Below, in pieces: positions 47,821 through 52,937 of a stretch of 52,937 nt of DNA. Location: positions 1 through 52,937 of the forward strand of contig JAWOCF010000228.1 in assembly GCA_046483935.1 (NCBI GenBank). Direction: 5' to 3'. The stretch is from Bacteroidales bacterium (GTDB lineage: Bacteria > Bacteroidota > Bacteroidia > Bacteroidales > UBA7960). Position 1 is the first letter of the stretch. Each line of letters begins with the position of its first letter. A program made the position numbers and the translations under genes. The notes below the pieces were generated by a model, which was not told the DNA's origin, searched no databases, and saw only the letters and a list, made by a program, of their open reading frames with translations.

Positions 47821-48575
47821 AAGAAACAGTATTGATTACAGGAGCTACCAGCGGCATCGGTGCCAGTTGTGCCAGGGCCTTTGCACAGGCAGGCTACCGA
47901 CTGATTATCAGCGGCCGGCGAAAGGAAAGACTTCAGCAAATGAAAGAATCACTGGAGCAGCAACACCCCACAGAAGTGCTCACCCTGCAGCTTGACGTCA
48001 GAGACCACAAACAGGTGCAACAAGCCATTGATGAGCTGCCTGAAGCCTGGAGCCAGATAGACATCCTGGTGAATAATGCCGGCCTGGCACGTGGCCTGAA
48101 CACCATCGACCAGGGCTTGCTGGAAGACTGGGACCAGATGATTGATACCAATGTAAAGGGAATGCTGTATGTTACCCGTACGGTATCGCCCGGCATGGTG
48201 GCCCGCAAACGCGGCCACATCATCAATATCGGCTCGGTGGCTGGCCGTGAGGTCTACCCGAAGGGAAATGTTTATTGCGCCACCAAGCATGCTGTAAATG
48301 CCTTAAACCAGGGCATGCGCATCGACCTGGTGCCTCATGGCATTAAAGTAACCCAGGTGAGCCCCGGGGCGGTGGAAACGGAATTCTCGAAAGTACGGTT
48401 CCATGGCGATGAACAAAAAGCCAAAGAAGTGTATAAAGGATTTACTCCCCTGAGCGGTGATGACGTGGCTGGAGTGGTAATGTTTGTGGCCACACTGCCA
48501 CCACATGTCAATGTTAATGATATCCTGGTAATGCCTACTGCTCAGGCTGCCGCAGGAATCATTCATAAAGAATGA
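47817..48575 (+). CDS. Classical SDR oxidoreductase (YdfG-like)
   Basis: TGATSGIG, NNAG, YCATK, PGAVET. Confidence 0.92.
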   Translation: MKETVLITGATSGIGASCARAFAQAGYRLIISGRRKERLQQMKESLEQQHPTEVLTLQLDVRDHKQVQQAIDELPEAWSQIDILVNNAGLARGLNTIDQGLLEDWDQMIDTNVKGMLYVTRTVSPGMVARKRGHIINIGSVAGREVYPKGNVYCATKHAVNALNQGMRIDLVPHGIKVTQVSPGAVETEFSKVRFHGDEQKAKEVYKGFTPLSGDDVAGVVMFVATLPPHVNVNDILVMPTAQAAAGIIHKE

Positions 48576-48737
48576 TCGGGGCGCCCGGGTTTTAAACTTA
48601 TGGTTTTAATATGTACTTTAACTTTGAGTTTTTTTTTGTAATTTCACCAAAGTTATTGTTAATTTGTAGTGCTTTAGAAGCATATTTTATATATTTATTT
48701 ATCTGATCCCCGGCGGGAAATCATCAATTCCATTAGT

Positions 48738-49385
48738 ATGGAAAAAATCAACGTAGTCATTGTTGACGATCATAAGCTGGTCACTGATTGTATTGGATTA
48801 TTCCTGAGGAGCTCCCCCGACATGGTAGTTTCGGGCGTGGCTCATAGTGGCACCGAGGCTTTATCGCTTCTGGAAGCTTTTGAGCCCCATGTAATGCTGA
48901 TCGACATCAGCATGCCCGACATGACAGGGATTGAAGCCACCAAACTGGTCAAGCAGAAGTATCCGGATGTAAAGATCCTGATCCTGTCAATGCATTCTGA
49001 TTATGATAATATCTCCGATGCCATTGATGCCGGTGCCGACGGTTACGTGCCCAAGGATGTGGCTTCCGAAGAGCTCATTGAAGCCATCAAGGCCATCTAC
49101 CAGGGCAAAAATTTCTTTCACACCTCCATCTCCGATGAGATCGTGAAGAATTATTCCACCAAACGGCGCACCCCCTCTGCGGTGCTGCCGCAGCTCACCA
49201 AAAGGGAGCTGGAAGTGCTTAAGCTGTTTACCGAAGGCTTTAATAACAATGAAATTGCCGACCGGTTGTTTCTCAGTGTGCGCACCATCGAATCGCACAA
49301 AAACCATATCCTTCAGAAAACAAATATGAAGAACTCAGTGGAGCTGATCAAGTTCGCCATCAAGAACAAGATCATTGATCTATAG
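48738..49385 (+). CDS. NarL/LuxR-family response regulator (no adjacent kinase)
   Basis: VDDH, IDISMP, SMH, GYVPK; LTKRELEVL...IADRLFLSVRTIESH. Confidence 0.93.
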   Translation: MEKINVVIVDDHKLVTDCIGLFLRSSPDMVVSGVAHSGTEALSLLEAFEPHVMLIDISMPDMTGIEATKLVKQKYPDVKILILSMHSDYDNISDAIDAGADGYVPKDVASEELIEAIKAIYQGKNFFHTSISDEIVKNYSTKRRTPSAVLPQLTKRELEVLKLFTEGFNNNEIADRLFLSVRTIESHKNHILQKTNMKNSVELIKFAIKNKIIDL

Positions 49386-49413
49386 AAACTTCATCTGTCT
49401 GAAACATTACCAG

Positions 49414-49444
49414 AAGCCGGCCCCATCAGCCGGCTTTTGTTTTT
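49414..49444 (+). terminator. Intrinsic terminator after the response regulator
   Basis: AAGCCGGC-cccatca-GCCGGCTT-TTGTTTTT. Confidence 0.8.
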
Positions 49445-49570
49445 CATCATCGCTGGAGCAATATTCTGCAGAGTACCTGATCATTATGATTGAGTGTTTT
49501 TCTGCCTCCCCCAATGCAATTCACTCAAAAAGAGCCAGCCCTTCCGGGATTCAACACCCTTTCAGGGCCC

Positions 49571-49688
49571 CATCAAACTCGCATTAAACTCGCATTAAAT
49601 TCGCACTAAATTCGCACTAAATTCGCGAATTCGCGAATTTAGTGCGAATTTGGTGCGAATTTGGTGTGAGTTTGATGTGAGTTTAACC
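49571..49688. repeat. Mirrored 11-bp tandem repeat array (5 + 5 units around CGAATTCG)
   Basis: CATCAAACTCG CATTAAACTCG CATTAAATTCG CACTAAATTCG CACTAAATTCG | CGAATTCG | CGAATTTAGTG CGAATTTGGTG CGAATTTGGTG TGAGTTTGATG TGAGTTTAACC. Confidence 0.93.
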
Positions 49689-49764
49689 GGGTGCTGATAT
49701 GCCTCTGGCAAAAAGTGGAAATACTCCGGAGTGGCCAAAAATGACCGCAGGATCCTTGGGGCAG

Positions 49765-50952
49765 TCATGGCCTGTTGATCATCAGACTTGTGCGTATCGG
49801 AGGGGGTTGAGCCAGCACTTCCGAAATGATCCTGTTTCTGAAAACACTCAGGAACTTTTCCTGCTCCTCACTGTGGGGCCGGTGGGCCGACTCCTCAAAC
49901 CAGATGAGCGTCTTTCCAAGGGGGGCCTCCAGGGCATCGAAATAAGAGGCTGCCAGGGAGGCCGAGACAATCATGTCATGGCGGCCCAACAGGAAGTATA
50001 CGGGCACCTCAAGGCGTGGCACCCGCTTCTTCAGGTTGATTCCTTTCATTTCTTTCCACAGGCTGCGGGCCGAGAAAAAGGGAAACAGCACCATGTTAAA
50101 ACGATCCTGGAAGCTGTAAAACGGCGAGCTAAGGGTTTGTTGCAATTCCTGCAGATCAAAATAGGGACGCTCCTGCGACTGGTCTCTCACCACACCCCCG
50201 TAGCGATAGACCCACTTTCTGAGGGTGAGGGCGTCCTGCAGGGTATAACGGCTGGCTACGGTATCAATCCGGGCCAGTTGCCTGAGGGCACGACGGTTAT
50301 TGTTCTGCAGGGCTTTTTGCAATACAAATTCATAATTGAGCCGTTCATTCTGAATGGGATTCACGCTCTGTCCGGTAGAAATATAGGCATGGACCAGCCC
50401 GGGATAGCGGGCTGCGAACAATGTTCCGATGTTGGTTCCCCAGGAGTGGCCCCAGATAAAAACCTTCTGCTGCCCGGTAAGTTCTTTCAGGTAATCAACC
50501 AGCTGACGGGTATCTTCCACAAACTGATCGAGGGTCATAGACCGGGGAGAAAGAGAACGGTTAAAGGAGCGGCCTGTGCCGCGTTGCTCCCAGTACACCA
50601 TGATAAAATCTTCTTCCAGGCGTTTCATGATTTCCTCGTTGGGCTCGAAGGGAAACAACGGAAAGCCAGGCCCCCCATGAAGAAAAATCATCACAGGGTT
50701 CCGGGCATTATCTCCACGCACCATCACCGCCTGGGAAATCCCTCCCAAAGGAATCTGCGAATAACTGTTGATGCCTGGGCCTGAATCTTCTACAGTCCGA
50801 TAGATCTGACACGACCCAAACATCATAAAAAAAACTGCAAGAATAATTCCAGGGAATAGGCGGTTGGTTGTTTTTAAACTGATCATAAAAAGTAATCCAT
50901 TCTTTATTAAGTAATATTTCATGCCTGCACTAAGAAGAACAACATCGAACAT
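49765..50952 (-). CDS. Alpha/beta hydrolase (proline iminopeptidase-like), probably exported or a lipoprotein; start uncertain
   Basis: FLHGGPG, EQRGTG, GHSWG, GRHD, SAHRPH; hydrophobic stretch ending FGSC. Confidence 0.85.
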   Translation of the reverse strand: MFDVVLLSAGMKYYLIKNGLLFMISLKTTNRLFPGIILAVFFMMFGSCQIYRTVEDSGPGINSYSQIPLGGISQAVMVRGDNARNPVMIFLHGGPGFPLFPFEPNEEIMKRLEEDFIMVYWEQRGTGRSFNRSLSPRSMTLDQFVEDTRQLVDYLKELTGQQKVFIWGHSWGTNIGTLFAARYPGLVHAYISTGQSVNPIQNERLNYEFVLQKALQNNNRRALRQLARIDTVASRYTLQDALTLRKWVYRYGGVVRDQSQERPYFDLQELQQTLSSPFYSFQDRFNMVLFPFFSARSLWKEMKGINLKKRVPRLEVPVYFLLGRHDMIVSASLAASYFDALEAPLGKTLIWFEESAHRPHSEEQEKFLSVFRNRIISEVLAQPPPIRTSLMINRP

Positions 50953-51288
50953 GGGGTTGTTTAAGCCCCTGCAGGGAAAATCATAACAGGATCAGGGCGG
51001 CAGCCCATCAGAACCTTAACCAAAGGGTCTTCAGCTGCTACTTTTGGGAAGTTAGAAAAGAAAAAAAATCTTAAAAAGGATCTTCATGCCATTTTTTCTC
51101 TTACCATGCTTTACTACCGGGAGGGTTGGCTGTTCAAAGATCTTATCTTCATGAAGCAGATAAAAACGAACCTTTATGAAAGGAGTGGCTGAACGGGGAG
51201 ACGGTCTGAAGCAAGGGTTTTTGTATATTTGCATAAAATCGCCGGATGTTCCGGATTTCCACGGCAGGACATTGTTTTTTTTCCGATC

Positions 51289-52740
51289 ATGAAAAGACTT
51301 CATTTACTTATTGTCCGTTCCTACCTGGGTCCCTTCCTGATGACCTTTTTCATTGCCCTGTTCATCCTTCTGATGCAGTTTCTCTGGAAATATATTGACG
51401 ATCTGGTGGGTAAGGGATTGGAATGGTACATTATTGCCGAGCTGTTGTTTTATGCCTCAGGGTCGATGGTTCCCCTTGCCCTGCCCCTGGCGGTGCTTCT
51501 ATCATCCATCATGACCATGGGCAGCCTGGGCGAACACTATGAACTGGTGGCTTTGAAGTCGGCAGGCATCTCCCTGCGCAAGATCATGTGGCCCCTGGTA
51601 GTGATATCAATGTTTCTGGCAGTAGTGGCCTTTTTCTTTTCCAACAATGTGCTGCCGGTTGCCAACCTCAAGATGATGTCGTTGCTGTATGATGTGCGCC
51701 AGCACCGTCCTGCCTTCAATATAGTGGAAGGGGTTTATTATAAAGGCATTGACAATTTTGTGATTAAAGTTGACCAGAAAGATCCCGATGGAGAAACCCT
51801 GCGCGACATCAAGATCTATGATCATACCAGCCGCCGGGGCAATGTAAACGTCACCATTGCCGAATGGGGCACTATGGCGGTTACCGGAGATGAAAGATAC
51901 CTGATCCTTTCGCTGTATAATGGCACCAATTACCAGGAGGGCGAAGAGGATGATCTGGGCGATCCCGAAAGGCCCTTCCAGCGGATGAACTTTCAGCAAC
52001 AGTACCGCAAGTTTGACCTCAGCGGCTTTGACCTGACCCGCACCGATGAATCGCTGTTCAAGAGCAACTTCCGGATGCTGAACCTGAATCAGTTGGTGCA
52101 GGTTGAAGATTCCCTGTCCAGGGAACTAAAGGCGCGTAAAGATGATTACATCTACAAATACAAACAACGTCTGAATTTTTATGCGCGCATCGACAGCGCA
52201 CTGATTCATGCGGAAGTTCCTGAGATTGAAGGACTGCTGTCAAAAGATTCATTATTTACCCCGGGCATTCTGAGTGAAACAATATTGGACCGGACCATGA
52301 ACCTGGTGCGTAGCAATAAAGATCACACCCAGTTTTCGCATGAGGATTTCAGGCTGCGACGGCGTGCCCTGGCCCGTTACCAGATTGAGTTTCACCGTAA
52401 ATTTACCCTTTCGTTTGCCTGTGTGGTGCTGTTTCTGATCGGAGCTCCCCTGGGGGCCATCATCCGGAAAGGAGGATTTGGCCTGCCCATGGTCATCTCA
52501 GTGCTCTTTTTTGTGGTATTTCACGTGCTTTCTATTATGGGCGAAAAATTCGTGCGCGAAGGCGTCATGGAAGCCCACCAGGGCATGTGGCTGGCCCCAA
52601 TGATTCTGCTGCCCCTGGGCATTCTGCTGACCATCAAATCCACCACCGATTCTTCCCTGTTTGACATTGAAGGATATACCAGGCGGTTTGAGAAACTTAC
52701 CCGGTTTCTGCGAGCAGCCCCCCCCGGGGAAAAACCATGA
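51289..52740 (+). CDS. LptF/LptG family LPS export permease
   Basis: MKRLHLLIVRSYLGPF, QFLWKYIDDLVGKGL, ELVALKSAGISL, EFHRKF..SFAC, GAPLGAIIRKGG; ATG 51289. Confidence 0.92.
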   Translation: MKRLHLLIVRSYLGPFLMTFFIALFILLMQFLWKYIDDLVGKGLEWYIIAELLFYASGSMVPLALPLAVLLSSIMTMGSLGEHYELVALKSAGISLRKIMWPLVVISMFLAVVAFFFSNNVLPVANLKMMSLLYDVRQHRPAFNIVEGVYYKGIDNFVIKVDQKDPDGETLRDIKIYDHTSRRGNVNVTIAEWGTMAVTGDERYLILSLYNGTNYQEGEEDDLGDPERPFQRMNFQQQYRKFDLSGFDLTRTDESLFKSNFRMLNLNQLVQVEDSLSRELKARKDDYIYKYKQRLNFYARIDSALIHAEVPEIEGLLSKDSLFTPGILSETILDRTMNLVRSNKDHTQFSHEDFRLRRRALARYQIEFHRKFTLSFACVVLFLIGAPLGAIIRKGGFGLPMVISVLFFVVFHVLSIMGEKFVREGVMEAHQGMWLAPMILLPLGILLTIKSTTDSSLFDIEGYTRRFEKLTRFLRAAPPGEKP

Positions 52741-52743
52741 GAT

Positions 52744-52937
52744 ATGAAAATCCTGCAATTGTGTCACAAAACGCCTTATCCCCCGATTGATGGTGGCTCT
52801 ATTGCCATGCACCAGATCACCCAGGGGATGCTCAACCTGGGGCACCAGGTGAAGGTGGTGGCCCTTGACCAGGCTGCAAATGGTCAGGCCCGGCAACAGC
52901 TGCCTGACCATTATCTTCAGGCAACAGGGTTTGAGGC
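52744..52937 (+). CDS. Glycosyltransferase family 4 protein, N-terminal part (runs off the window)
   Basis: MKILQLCHKTPYPPIDGGSIAMHQITQGMLNLGHQVKVVAL. Confidence 0.8.
   Translation, partial: MKILQLCHKTPYPPIDGGSIAMHQITQGMLNLGHQVKVVALDQAANGQARQQLPDHYLQATGFE

Noticed and set aside
49624-49635. CGCGAATTCGCG as a synthetic oligo or cloning artefact
   Set aside because: It arises naturally from the flanking degenerate 11-bp units, and a second element of the same architecture lacks it
49699-50784. 361-aa + strand ORF
   Set aside because: Antisense shadow of the alpha/beta hydrolase, which carries the real catalytic motifs

Overview
A 52.9 kb chromosomal window from a Bacteroidota bacterium (Bacteroidales-like). 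The assignment rests on recurrent TAnnTTTG -7 promoter boxes, A-rich starts that mostly lack a Shine-Dalgarno sequence, and the rpmG-DUF4295-ftsY-rimO and thrS-infC-rpmI-rplT clusters. Most of it is housekeeping: translation genes, hpt-adk-obgE, a menaquinone operon (menI-F-D-B-A-C-E), an aromatic amino-acid operon, small-type purL, photolyase, a tricorn-like S41 peptidase, a TonB-dependent receptor and an LptF/G permease. I saw no tRNA, rRNA, CRISPR, transposase or integrase. The most interesting signals: (1) two intergenic elements (about 19.65-19.79 kb and 49.57-49.69 kb) of unrelated sequence but identical architecture, namely 11-bp tandem units mirrored around a central palindrome, each between convergent genes; (2) an unannotated 19-aa leader peptide (FFFYYYY) with a complete attenuator ahead of the aromatic operon; (3) a full-length archaeal-type PurD homologue whose catalytic motifs are all degenerate; (4) a VapBC-type toxin-antitoxin pair bracketed by about 190-bp direct repeats made of 8-mer/7-mer microrepeats plus an inverted terminal copy, with no recombinase nearby; (5) infC starting at ATA behind a perfect AGGAGG; (6) an orphan MqsA/Panacea-like antitoxin. 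All protein assignments come from motif recognition by eye; no database searches were run.
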